This document shows, piece after piece, positions 38,774 through 49,190 of a DNA stretch of 64,000 nt. Both the position numbers and the translations under genes were made by a program. The stretch is taken from NCBI GenBank assembly GCA_044341405.1, contig JBIIRT010000002.1:1324-65323 (forward strand), given 5' to 3'. The first letter of the stretch is position 1, and every line of letters starts with the position of its first letter. The DNA comes from Daejeonella sp. (GTDB taxonomy: Bacteria; Bacteroidota; Bacteroidia; Sphingobacteriales; Sphingobacteriaceae). The notes under the pieces are model-generated. The model was not told the DNA's origin and ran no database searches. It was given only the letters and a program-made list of their open reading frames with translations.

Positions 38774-38834
38774 TAATTGAGAGTGGAGAATGTATCCCAT
38801 AATTCTCCACTCTCCATTCTCCACTTTCAATTGA

Positions 38835-40943
38835 TTATTGTCGTTTCATAAGTTTTCTCCTCAAAAAATCTGCAGTAATTTCGCTTACCTTCAGTCCATT
38901 ACTAAATTTCATCCAGTGATGGGTATCATCTGGAATAGCCAGGTATTCAAATGGGAATTTTTTATCTTCAAATCTTCTCGCCAAATCTACACTTTGACTA
39001 AAGGAAACATTCCGATCATCGTCTGCATGAATGATCAGGGTAGGAGAAGTCCAGGTATCCAGGTAGCTTACCGGTGAAGACTTGATCATCGCCTGTTCTG
39101 CTAACTCGGCATCGGGGGCTAGTGATCTATTTCCTGACATAGAGCTGCTAAAACGGTTATTTACTCCGTGTATATCAACACCTGCGGCAAATAGCTTTGA
39201 ATCCTTTCCTAATGCTAGCGCTACGAGGAATCCACCATAAGATCCACCATAAATCCCAATCCTTTCGGGGTCAATATCTTGCTGTGCAGCAAGCCATTCT
39301 GCTGCAGCTTTTACGTCCTGATATTCTGAAGCTCCCAAAGCTCCTGCGTTTATAGCTTTCTGAAATTTAAAACCATATCCAATACCTAGTCTGTAATTAA
39401 CAGATAACACAGTAAATCCTAAGCTTGTTAAATATTGATTTAGTGCATAATCTATCGAATAGTAATCCATAAAATGCCATCCGAGAAGCATTTGCCTCTG
39501 CGGACCGCCATGGACATATACAATGGCCGGTCTTTTAGTAGACGAACGATTTTTAGGTTCAAATAATTGCCCGTATACAGTCTGACCGTCTGGGGCCTTA
39601 AAAGTGACATGCTTTGGAATAACCAGTTGATTTTGAGGGAAATCCGCTGGTAAAAGATCTTCACATAGCACCCTGTGAGATTTTCCATTTGAATTCATCA
39701 CTGCAGGTAGTACTGGTCTTTGTGCTGTTGAACTTAAGTAGGCAATCGAATGCTGATCGCCGGTAAAAATAGGATTAGACTCAATCCCAATGCCTTCGGT
39801 CAGAATTTCAACCCCCGGCTGATCAATCTTAACTTTGCCAATATGCCTTCTATCCAGATCGAATTTGTCTTTACCAGTGTTTGCTGCAAAAATTATTGAA
39901 TTACCATCAGGGCTAATTTTAACATGTTCAACCATGAAATTTCCCGGACTTAATAACAGTTCTTTGCCTCCTTCAGCAGGAATTGAATACAGATGCGGCC
40001 ATCCATCCTGAAATGAAACGAAAGCAATGCGATCTGGTTTTGCCCAATGCAAGTTTGTACCGCCTTCAGTTGAGGGGAATGAGCCTTCAAGGGTTTCAGG
40101 GGCTTTCCATATCTGTTGTCCTATACCAGTAGCTATATCGGCCGTCCAGATTGCCCAGGGCTGATGTTTTCTAGCAAAAATAGAATCAGGAGCACCACCT
40201 GAGCCCGGAGTTCTGATAAATACCAGTTTTTGCCCGTCAGGAGACCACCTTGGTGATGCATCCCTCGAAAATGAGGGTAATATCCAGTTGATTGGGCTTT
40301 GGTCATCAGTGTAAATACCTATGAATGAATGATCACCTCTGGAAGACACAAATGCTAATTTTGAACCATCAGGTGACCATCTTACTGAGCCATTCGAACC
40401 CCGGGCATAGAAGAGGGCTTTTGCCGGTGTAGAGCCGTTTATGGCTGCAGACCAGATTTGTCCTCCTTTAATGAAGCTGACCCTTTCACTATTCGGTGAA
40501 ATTTCAGGATAATCGGCTTCTCCAAGGATGATTGGCTTTCCTCCGTCAAACGGGATACTGATTACTTGAACTTTAGCACCGAGTGGATCAAATGCAGCCT
40601 GTACAGGGATACTTGCTTCTCTCGAGCCATGATCTCCTCCCCGAACAAACACAATCCATTTCCCATCAGAAGAAATGGATAAGCTGCTGATTTCCTGACC
40701 GTCATCATTGCTATATGTTGTTAACTTCCTGGGTTTAAAATCCGGCCCATCGGCTACATAGATATTTCGTAAACCTTTTTCATTCATTGCCCAGGCAATT
40801 TTTGAACCTCCAGAGCTACTCACAAGTTCAGAAGGAAATGGATAGCTTAAAATACTTTTAACTGAAAAGGATTGTGCAGCTATTTGCGTTGTAAGTATTG
40901 TCAGACTTAAGAGTAGAGAAAAAAAAACGGATTGTTTTTTCAT
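38835..40943 (-). CDS. S9 family (prolyl oligopeptidase/DPP-like) peptidase, exported
   Basis: Signal peptide, PD40-like propeller repeats, HGGP, GGSYG nucleophile, DDRNV, DTHH. Confidence 0.92.
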   Translation of the reverse strand: MKKQSVFFSLLLSLTILTTQIAAQSFSVKSILSYPFPSELVSSSGGSKIAWAMNEKGLRNIYVADGPDFKPRKLTTYSNDDGQEISSLSISSDGKWIVFVRGGDHGSREASIPVQAAFDPLGAKVQVISIPFDGGKPIILGEADYPEISPNSERVSFIKGGQIWSAAINGSTPAKALFYARGSNGSVRWSPDGSKLAFVSSRGDHSFIGIYTDDQSPINWILPSFSRDASPRWSPDGQKLVFIRTPGSGGAPDSIFARKHQPWAIWTADIATGIGQQIWKAPETLEGSFPSTEGGTNLHWAKPDRIAFVSFQDGWPHLYSIPAEGGKELLLSPGNFMVEHVKISPDGNSIIFAANTGKDKFDLDRRHIGKVKIDQPGVEILTEGIGIESNPIFTGDQHSIAYLSSTAQRPVLPAVMNSNGKSHRVLCEDLLPADFPQNQLVIPKHVTFKAPDGQTVYGQLFEPKNRSSTKRPAIVYVHGGPQRQMLLGWHFMDYYSIDYALNQYLTSLGFTVLSVNYRLGIGYGFKFQKAINAGALGASEYQDVKAAAEWLAAQQDIDPERIGIYGGSYGGFLVALALGKDSKLFAAGVDIHGVNNRFSSSMSGNRSLAPDAELAEQAMIKSSPVSYLDTWTSPTLIIHADDDRNVSFSQSVDLARRFEDKKFPFEYLAIPDDTHHWMKFSNGLKVSEITADFLRRKLMKRQ

Positions 40944-41014
40944 GGAATTTGAATTTATTTAGATATCAAAGCATATCAGATTTAAATCAACCTTCAAAAA
41001 AGGTTTTTTTGCAT

Positions 41015-41047
41015 AAAAAAGCCCCAACATAAGTCAGGGCTTTTTTT
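41015..41047. terminator. Intrinsic terminator after susD
   Basis: AAAAAAGCCC...GGGCTTTTTTT. Confidence 0.7.
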
Positions 41048-41065
41048 AATATCATTTGAGATTTA

Positions 41066-42517
41066 TTATAAATCCCACCATAATTTAGTGGTTCTTGGAA
41101 CACCAACAGGAACACTAACGCCATTTTTGGCTCGTTCACCTAATGGATAATCCAATCTTCGCAAATGAGAAGTCAAAACCGAATTTAGTGGCATTGTGAA
41201 ATCCTTATACTTGAAATCATATCTGCGAACATCATTAAATGCTTCAGGATTGAGGTAAGTTACCACGTATTTTTCTTTTAGTATCAAGTCTCTTGTAAGA
41301 TTAGCTGCTCCTACTGCTACACGAGCGTCGGCCAGATATGAATCACGTTCGGTAACAGGTACCATTAATTTATCCATGTTAGCTCTGATTCCCGCCAGAT
41401 ATGCTGCATATGCCCTGGTACGGTCTGTTGCTAATGCAGCTTCAGCTTCAATGAATTTCAGTTCTGCAAAAGTCATGATCAATATAGGTGCTGTATCACT
41501 GGTCCATGGTGAATTAAACGAGATATAATTCTCATCCTTTATAGTATTGTTGTGCGGGGGATTGAGCCGGTTACCCGCTCCATTTACAGTACCGATATAT
41601 GGGGGATAAGTTGGATTTCCAGGAACAACAGTTACATCAGTTATTCTCCTGATTCTTGGATCAAAAAGACCATACGTTTTCCCATTGAGGTGATCAATAA
41701 ATTGTTCTGACAACCAACCTCCAAGACTTAGAGCTGCATTATTTCTGGAAACAGTAGCCCAGTTATTTCGCAACACAAAAGTTGCCATACCAGCATCATC
41801 TGCATTTGAAGTGTAAGAGTTTCCTACCGCAGTTAAAACGGCCGCTGCATTATAGGTGGTAGTTTTGCTGACTTTGATTAATAGACGGGCTCTAAGCGCG
41901 TGTGCGGTTCTTAACCATCTGGTACGATCACCGGCATGAATCAGGTCACTTGCAGCCGCTAATTTAATAGTCGAAGTAGTTTTTCCTAATTCAGTGATTG
42001 CTTCGTCTATAAGTGATAATGTAGTTGCGTAAACTGCCTGGTCGGTATCATACTTTGGTGTAAAGTTACTTGGATTGAATGCCTCTGAATAAGGAGCAGC
42101 TCCCCAAAGATTGTTGACTAGCATCAGGTTATATGCCATTAACACATTTGCAACACCAAGGTATTCACTTGAACCCTGACTAACAGCCAGTTTTTTCAAT
42201 TGATTAACATCGGCCATCGCGAAATAAAGGGCATCCCACATTCCGGTATGATCTATAGTTTCATATATATCATTGGCTGAAGCAGCAACTGGGTTTGCAG
42301 TGTATTGTACATAGGTTGAGGTATTGCTACCCACAGTGAATGTATTGAGTCCTGCCTTACTCGTAGAGGTAGACAGAAGAGCCGGGAGCGTGGCAACACT
42401 TACCTGATTAGGGTTAGTACTAAGCTCATCAAAGTACTCCTTTCCGCAGCCATTTAAAGCAAATACGGATGTGGCTAAAATGATTAGGGTATATTTATTT
42501 AATTTAAGCATTTTCAT
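41066..42517 (-). CDS. SusD/RagB family nutrient-binding lipoprotein
   Basis: Lipobox LNGC, WGAAPYSEAF, AELKFIEAE, NPEAFND.RR; directly follows SusC. Confidence 0.92.
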   Translation of the reverse strand: MKMLKLNKYTLIILATSVFALNGCGKEYFDELSTNPNQVSVATLPALLSTSTSKAGLNTFTVGSNTSTYVQYTANPVAASANDIYETIDHTGMWDALYFAMADVNQLKKLAVSQGSSEYLGVANVLMAYNLMLVNNLWGAAPYSEAFNPSNFTPKYDTDQAVYATTLSLIDEAITELGKTTSTIKLAAASDLIHAGDRTRWLRTAHALRARLLIKVSKTTTYNAAAVLTAVGNSYTSNADDAGMATFVLRNNWATVSRNNAALSLGGWLSEQFIDHLNGKTYGLFDPRIRRITDVTVVPGNPTYPPYIGTVNGAGNRLNPPHNNTIKDENYISFNSPWTSDTAPILIMTFAELKFIEAEAALATDRTRAYAAYLAGIRANMDKLMVPVTERDSYLADARVAVGAANLTRDLILKEKYVVTYLNPEAFNDVRRYDFKYKDFTMPLNSVLTSHLRRLDYPLGERAKNGVSVPVGVPRTTKLWWDL

Positions 42518-42522
42518 ATTCT

Positions 42523-45500
42523 TTAAAAGCCAACATTAAGTGAAAATAGGAATGTTCTTGCTGCAGGGTATGTCATACCTGCCGAACCATCCACGTTGCT
42601 ACCGCTATCAGCAGATATTGATTCCGGATCTAGACCATAGTAATCGGTACGCAATAATAGATTGTTTCCAGTGATTGCAACTGAAGCATTACGGACTGCT
42701 TTTCTAGGTAACCATTTGGATGGTAACGAATAAGAAAGACTTGCTGAACGTAAACGGATCCACGAAGCATCCTGAACAAATGGCTCAGAAAGTGATCTGT
42801 GGTAAAGTCTGTAATACCCCTCTCCATAATTCACACCATCCGGACCGATTGCCTGACCTAACCAAACTTGTTTGGTGTTAGGAGTGCCATCAGCAAGATT
42901 TCCAGGGAAAGTATAAAAGCTTCTGCGGTTTGTTGTATAATCAGCAATACCAAAAGCCGAATTAAAGTTTTCCAGTCTATTGAACTTTTCAAAGCCCCAA
43001 CGTGCATCAATCAATGTTGATAATGTTACACGTTTGTAAGTGAAGTTATTTGACATTCCACCAATCCAGTCAGGTTGTGAATTTCCTAACAATTTTCTTC
43101 TGGTAAGCGATGAAATAGGAAAACCGTTAGCGCCAATCAATAATGGTTTAGATTTATCAGTACGATTTGGATCTTCTACAGCAGTACCATAATAACGTAG
43201 GTAGTAAGAACCATAAATATTACCATATGGCTCTCCTGGAATCAATCTGAATTGTACCGGTGAGTTAATATAACCTCCAGTGGCAGCACCATAGATAATC
43301 TCCGTTAAACCTTCTTTAAGGCTTATTACTTTGTTCCTGTTTGCAGAGAAATTAAGTGAGGCATCCCATGTAAAATCCTTTGTTTGAATCGGTGTTCCTC
43401 CCAAAACAAGCTCAATACCTTTGTTGCGTATTGATCCTGCATTGATTGAAGCAGTAACATAACCTGTTGTTGAGGAAATTTGAGCTTGTGTAATCTGGTC
43501 CTTACTTAATGAATAATAATAAGTAAGGTCAAAACTCAATCGATTTTTAAAAAAGGCCATTTCAAGTCCTGCCTCATAAGTATCTGTAAACTCAGGTCTT
43601 AAATTTATATCCCCAAGATTTGAAGCTAAAGTCAAGCCGGTAGTTCCCGTAGGTAATCCGCTATAATTTGAAAATCCTGACGATGTAGAATAAGGAGCTG
43701 CATCTTTACCTATTTTAGCATAAGATAATCTCAATTTACTCTGACCAATAAATTCAGGTAATTTCATATTATCTGAAAATACATAACTCAAACTAGCAGA
43801 AGGATAAAAGAATGACCTGTTTTCTGAAGAAAGGGTTGAAGTAATATCATTACGACCTGTTAAAGTTAGGAAAAGGTAGTTTTTATAATCAAAAGTAGCT
43901 TCTCCAAAAAAACCATTAGAACGATATTGATTTAAACCCTGATTTACCTGAAGAGTTCTGGCATTCATTAACCTGAAATCATTGTAGATACTTAAAACAC
44001 TTCCTAAAACACCGTAATCTTTTGCACTTCTGTCATAAAGTTCATATCCAAATCTTAGCGTTCCATTAATGTCTTTAGTGATCTGCTTTGAAGCAGTTGC
44101 TATAAAAGTAGAGTTGATTGCACGATACTGAGTAAGGTATTCACCCACAAAACCATCGGCATTATCATATACAGCTTCTCCCGGGATACCTAATCTGCCT
44201 GGAGCAGTACGTTTACGGGCATCTGTATAAGAATCAATACCTAAACGATAGTTAAAATTTAACCAGGAAGTAGGAGAGTATCCGAAATTAGCACCTCCAA
44301 TAAAACGGTTTACATTGTCTCTTAACCTGTTTGTTGCAGCTCCAAAAATCGGGTTGTTTGTTCCTCTCCATCGCTGTGTTCCATTTTCATTTATATAATC
44401 CCTCACATCCCAGCGACCTGAGAAATAAGTTAAACTCTCTCCATAACGGTCGGCATCAAAACGATAACCTCCCGAATTATTATAGCTCAAATTCATTCCT
44501 GCAATAATCTTCGGACTGATTTTGATATCAGTGTTTAACCTTGCTGAAAGATTTTGATAATCTGTAAACGGGAGCATTCCATCATGATTAAACTGAGATA
44601 CTGAAGAGAATATCTTTACAGCATCCGAACCACCTGTAACCGAAACTGTATTTCTTAATTGGCTTCCAGTGTCAAATGCATTTTTATAATTCTCGTAAAG
44701 AAAATCAGGATGTGTTGGGTCTATTGCTTTTGCTTCTGCAATGGTTGGACCCCAAGCCGGACCAAGGCCTACCGGTGTATAAACACCTAAAATACCTGCA
44801 GTGTATTCTGTTTGAACTGCCGGAGTCTTGTTGATATTTTCTAAGCCATAAGTGCTTGAAAAATTGGTTCTGACTTCATTAGTTTTTCCTTTTTTCGTGG
44901 TAATCAAAACAACACCATTTGATCCTCTCAGACCATACATAGCTGTTGCAGCACCTCCTTTAAGGATGTTTATTGTTTCAATATCGTCGGGGTTTATGTC
45001 AGATGCTCTGTTTCCTACCGAACGAACATTTGTTCCAGATCCTGCACCTTGTGTTGATGTAGAGTTATCTATCTGTACTCCATCAATCACGTAAAGTGGA
45101 TCATTTGACGCAGATGCATCAATTGAGTTAATTCCCCTGATGCGGATATTTGCTCCCTGACCAGGTCCTCCACCAACACTGCTGATGGTTGCACCTGCAA
45201 TCTTTCCCTGCAATGCATTAAGAATATTTGGCTGTCGGTTAATGTTTAATTCGTCCGTATTAACTCCCTGAGCAGCGTAACCAAGAGATTTTTGCTGCCT
45301 GGTAATACCAAATCCTGTGGTAACAATCACTTCCTGAAGTTGTTTGCTGTCTGTATCCATGGCAACATTTATGGTGCTCTGAGTGCCTACAGTAACTTCT
45401 TTAACCGAAAAACCCATGAAAGTGAACACGAGTATCGAACTATTGCCCGGTACCTGAATGCGGTAAGTACCTTCCGGACTTGTAACTGCCCCAGTACTGG

Positions 45501-45648
45501 TGCCTTTAACTCTTACACTTACTCCCGGAAGACTGGATCCGTCTTCGGCGATGGTAACTTTTCCGCTTATCTCTCTAACCTGTGCCTGAACACTGATCGA
45601 TAGAAACAGCAAGATTGGTAAAAATAAAAAAGTAGAAATTTGTTTCAT
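42523..45648 (-). CDS. SusC/RagA family TonB-dependent outer membrane transporter
   Basis: CarboxypepD-like N-terminus, PLYVIDG, DIETINILKG..A.A.YG.RGSNGVVLITTKKG, C-terminal YPAARTFLFSLNVGF. Confidence 0.96.
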   Translation of the reverse strand: MKQISTFLFLPILLFLSISVQAQVREISGKVTIAEDGSSLPGVSVRVKGTSTGAVTSPEGTYRIQVPGNSSILVFTFMGFSVKEVTVGTQSTINVAMDTDSKQLQEVIVTTGFGITRQQKSLGYAAQGVNTDELNINRQPNILNALQGKIAGATISSVGGGPGQGANIRIRGINSIDASASNDPLYVIDGVQIDNSTSTQGAGSGTNVRSVGNRASDINPDDIETINILKGGAATAMYGLRGSNGVVLITTKKGKTNEVRTNFSSTYGLENINKTPAVQTEYTAGILGVYTPVGLGPAWGPTIAEAKAIDPTHPDFLYENYKNAFDTGSQLRNTVSVTGGSDAVKIFSSVSQFNHDGMLPFTDYQNLSARLNTDIKISPKIIAGMNLSYNNSGGYRFDADRYGESLTYFSGRWDVRDYINENGTQRWRGTNNPIFGAATNRLRDNVNRFIGGANFGYSPTSWLNFNYRLGIDSYTDARKRTAPGRLGIPGEAVYDNADGFVGEYLTQYRAINSTFIATASKQITKDINGTLRFGYELYDRSAKDYGVLGSVLSIYNDFRLMNARTLQVNQGLNQYRSNGFFGEATFDYKNYLFLTLTGRNDITSTLSSENRSFFYPSASLSYVFSDNMKLPEFIGQSKLRLSYAKIGKDAAPYSTSSGFSNYSGLPTGTTGLTLASNLGDINLRPEFTDTYEAGLEMAFFKNRLSFDLTYYYSLSKDQITQAQISSTTGYVTASINAGSIRNKGIELVLGGTPIQTKDFTWDASLNFSANRNKVISLKEGLTEIIYGAATGGYINSPVQFRLIPGEPYGNIYGSYYLRYYGTAVEDPNRTDKSKPLLIGANGFPISSLTRRKLLGNSQPDWIGGMSNNFTYKRVTLSTLIDARWGFEKFNRLENFNSAFGIADYTTNRRSFYTFPGNLADGTPNTKQVWLGQAIGPDGVNYGEGYYRLYHRSLSEPFVQDASWIRLRSASLSYSLPSKWLPRKAVRNASVAITGNNLLLRTDYYGLDPESISADSGSNVDGSAGMTYPAARTFLFSLNVGF

Positions 45649-45908
45649 AAATTGCTTGTTTAGTTAAAAAGAAACGTGAAATTATAAATAATTTAGGAAA
45701 TGATACTTCCTTGAAAAAAAATACATTAAGGATGATGGTTTTTTCAAGAAAGCTTTGTTAAGTTTTTTTAGGGTTATTTTATTGATTTCTATTTTTGCGC
45801 AATGACAATGGAATGCCAAATAGTATTCTAATAAGGGTTTTCGCCAGCTGAAATACAATATTTATTCCAATTTGACAGATTTAGAAGTAATAAGATGGCA
45901 AATGGATA

Positions 45909-46205
45909 CTACCTGATGTACTCCCGATCCTCGTCGCTTAAAAAATCAGGTTCTCTATCAGCATTATCTCTACCATTGTGGGGTAAGTCTTCAGAATCAT
46001 TAGTTGAATTTTTTTCATAATTCTTACCTGGTCTGCCTGCCATAAATCCTATAATCAGTCCAAGTCCGAACATAAACCCCAGAATCGCCAGTTTTGGTAT
46101 TCTTGCATTTCCGAAAAGCCAGAAATTTATTTCGTCAGTATTATTCATTAAAATAACGGTTACAAGTACCGAAACAATGATGATAAAAATGGTTTTAAAG
46201 GTCAT
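45909..46205 (-). CDS. Small membrane protein, LapA-like
   Basis: Two hydrophobic helices around MNNTDEINFWLFG; acidic tail ending DEDREYI. Confidence 0.65.
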   Translation of the reverse strand: MTFKTIFIIIVSVLVTVILMNNTDEINFWLFGNARIPKLAILGFMFGLGLIIGFMAGRPGKNYEKNSTNDSEDLPHNGRDNADREPDFLSDEDREYIR

Positions 46206-46355
46206 TGCGGAAACTATTAAATAAAATCCTGTTATTAAATATCGATGTAAAAGTAATAAAATTATTGCCCTTTACTGTTGCTTATACAGTGTCGCATTTG
46301 AATTGATTTTTTAAAAGTATAATCAGGATCTTTCAATTGTACCAGTAAAGACTAC

Positions 46356-49190
46356 TCAGAATTCGTATTGAAATCCAAATTCCAGGATAGGTTTTCGGAT
46401 CCCATTATCCCTTGATAAAATCAGTTTTCCTGCAAGCTCGAAATTCGGAAGCAGGAAACGCATTAGGTTCATATCTGTACTTAATTCTAATCCGAAGGTA
46501 CGTGGCGTGAATGGCGAACCTTTTCCAATATTCTCAAAATCAGCAAAAAAGCCCCCCTTAACTCTCTTGATATAAGCAAACGGACCAATCTCAGAGTCCG
46601 GATAGAATAGTGGAAATCGGTAATCTAGCAACAGCGTGTTTCGAAGCCTGTTATTCAAACTTAAATTACCATATCCGCTAATTCTTGGAATTTCTATATT
46701 AAAACCATAAGCGCCACTGGTTTTCTGATAGTTGAAACTGCTTTGGAATGAATGGTTACTCATTAATCCGGGGGTATAAATTATACTTCTAAAAGATAGT
46801 AATGTGCCATTAAGTAAGTTCTGGAATGGAAGGTGTGAATAGGATAATGAAAAATTTTGGCCCCAAGTTGGTGCAAGGTCCCTTAAACTACGTTGAGTAT
46901 TCCGATTGAAATATACCTGATATCTCATTGGAAATTTTAATTTGTCAATGAAGTTATTGGGTCTATTCTGAATGTCATACCTTGACGTGAAGCTAGTTGA
47001 ACTCCTCACACCCATTCTATATGTTTTGTTGAGCTTGTTAAAAATAAATGGAATGATGATTTCAGCTTCGGTAATATTTTCACGCCAGTTTACAGGTACC
47101 AAAAGATTATTTTGCCTGAAAAAGTTGAGATTAGCCCGGTTTGTATGATTAATATTCAGAATCGGATAAAATCGTTTGAAACTTACACCAGCCACATATT
47201 CACTCCTTCTCAAACCAGAATTATATTGATAACCTCCATAAAGATCGAAAGTGTTTAACTGATTATTTGATTTGAAGGTTAAACCAACACTCAGCTCATT
47301 ATTCGTGTCGCTGTTTTTTGCAACTGGAGAGAGGCTATGGAAATTAAATAAGTTATGGATTTCCTTGTAAGACTTTACTGGATATTTATTTTGCGGTATT
47401 GAGTCGAGAATAGTTGAATTTGCCTCCTGTTCAACAAGTACTGAAGCATAATCTATGAAGTTGTTTACTAATTCCCGATTTGGAGTCTGCAGATCTAATG
47501 GTACACTCACGATGTCATAGCCCTTAATCTGATAATTATTGAAAAGCAATCTGTTATTTTCTTTATCGTAAGATGGATTGGTAGCCCCGAAAGGTGCAGC
47601 GCTAAGTGAAACAATTTTTTTCTCAGGTGTAAGACAAAAAATATTATTAATACCCTCATAATGTGCCCTGAACAAAATATTTTTACCAGCATAAACCGGA
47701 CGGCTGAGTTGCTGTCTTTGAAAGGGAGATATTATAGTCTGTTTTCCATCCGCTTGATTGAATTCTATAAGTGCTGCACCATCCTTACTCATGATAACGG
47801 AAATTATTTTGTCTCCTTGTTCGTTGTATGACGGACTTTGTAGACTAAACCCCTCTTTTACAGGATGCTCCTTCAGAATACTTCCATTCTTTGCATCCAG
47901 TTCAATCAAGGAGAAAAGGTTAGAAGTGTTGATTTTAACTGCGATAATTGTTTTAGCATCCGGAGAAAGGCTAGGGGAGAATAATCGGCTTTTGTGAGTG
48001 ATTTGTTTAAGAGCACCATTTGTTAAATCATAAATGTTAATTACATTATATGTTCGTTTGCCAAAACGCTTGTCAAATCTCAATTCATCCCAAACAATTT
48101 TATCTGCAGCGTATCTGAAATTATACTCTGTTTGAAAGCCTATTTTGCAGAGTATGCGCTCCTTACCTTCAGAATCAATTAGTATTAATGTTGGAGTATT
48201 CTTCAAATTTTGTTTCAGGGCAATAATTTCACCTTTGGAACTGCTTACCGGTAGGAGGTAGTCTGCCGGTAAGGAATCGCTTCTTTTATTTAATACAGCA
48301 TAGTTTGCCGGAATCTGTGATTTAGATTGTTTTTGCCAAAGTGACTTCAATTCAGCAACTGTTGAGTCATGCAGGAGCCTGCTGTTAAGTCCAGTGAATT
48401 TTTTTATGGAATTACTAAGGTTATAAGGTCTTAAAGGATTACGGCCGACTCTAGACAAAATACTATCAATAATATTTGTTCCATAATCTCTTCTCAACTT
48501 TGTGGTCATGAAATAACCGAGTTGATAATATCCGGGAGTAAAGTCTTTTAAAGACCCGAAATAATTTTTTGAGTAGGAGTATGGGAGGGTACTTAGTGTA
48601 TTTGTTTTGAAAATCAATTCCCAATCCGGAAGCCTTCCACGACCAGCATGACTTAGTGCAGTTTCCATTCCAACAGCATCACCTTCATAGAACCAAGGAG
48701 GGAGGCTGATTCCGAAAATGGCAAGTGCCAATTCTTCAAAAAATGGAGCCTTGAGTCTAGGGCTTAATTTATCAAATTGGACTACATGTCTAAGCTCATG
48801 TATGGCCAATCCATTAAGCCAATCTTGGAAGTCGAGGTTCTGGGGTGGGGTAGTGTAGAACTCCGAGCGTCTAGGTGCAAGCTGAACAAAACCATTGGAA
48901 ATGACACCCTGATTTTGAAGTATTATAGTTATGGGTCTGGGTTTTTTGTTCAATGATTTACTTACCCCAACAATTAAATGCTCAAGGGTATTTGACATTC
49001 TTTGGGCTTCATCACTGAGTTCAATAGGATAGATGATTTGGAAATTTGCAGTCCGGATCTGCATCCACTTTATGCCTGGAGGATTCTGTTCAGAGTTAAA
49101 AATCTGCGCATTAACAGATGCTATACTTTTACATAATATAAATGATGTAAATACACTGATATATAATATGTTAAGTATATTTATTTTCAT
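46356..49190 (-). CDS. Large outer-membrane protein: N-terminal HExxH zinc-peptidase-like domain, TolB/PD40-like propeller, C-terminal beta-barrel
   Basis: Signal peptide, AIHELRHVVQ...WFYEGDAV, LFSPSLSPD repeats, amphipathic strands, terminal FQYEF. Confidence 0.7.
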   Translation of the reverse strand: MKINILNILYISVFTSFILCKSIASVNAQIFNSEQNPPGIKWMQIRTANFQIIYPIELSDEAQRMSNTLEHLIVGVSKSLNKKPRPITIILQNQGVISNGFVQLAPRRSEFYTTPPQNLDFQDWLNGLAIHELRHVVQFDKLSPRLKAPFFEELALAIFGISLPPWFYEGDAVGMETALSHAGRGRLPDWELIFKTNTLSTLPYSYSKNYFGSLKDFTPGYYQLGYFMTTKLRRDYGTNIIDSILSRVGRNPLRPYNLSNSIKKFTGLNSRLLHDSTVAELKSLWQKQSKSQIPANYAVLNKRSDSLPADYLLPVSSSKGEIIALKQNLKNTPTLILIDSEGKERILCKIGFQTEYNFRYAADKIVWDELRFDKRFGKRTYNVINIYDLTNGALKQITHKSRLFSPSLSPDAKTIIAVKINTSNLFSLIELDAKNGSILKEHPVKEGFSLQSPSYNEQGDKIISVIMSKDGAALIEFNQADGKQTIISPFQRQQLSRPVYAGKNILFRAHYEGINNIFCLTPEKKIVSLSAAPFGATNPSYDKENNRLLFNNYQIKGYDIVSVPLDLQTPNRELVNNFIDYASVLVEQEANSTILDSIPQNKYPVKSYKEIHNLFNFHSLSPVAKNSDTNNELSVGLTFKSNNQLNTFDLYGGYQYNSGLRRSEYVAGVSFKRFYPILNINHTNRANLNFFRQNNLLVPVNWRENITEAEIIIPFIFNKLNKTYRMGVRSSTSFTSRYDIQNRPNNFIDKLKFPMRYQVYFNRNTQRSLRDLAPTWGQNFSLSYSHLPFQNLLNGTLLSFRSIIYTPGLMSNHSFQSSFNYQKTSGAYGFNIEIPRISGYGNLSLNNRLRNTLLLDYRFPLFYPDSEIGPFAYIKRVKGGFFADFENIGKGSPFTPRTFGLELSTDMNLMRFLLPNFELAGKLILSRDNGIRKPILEFGFQYEF

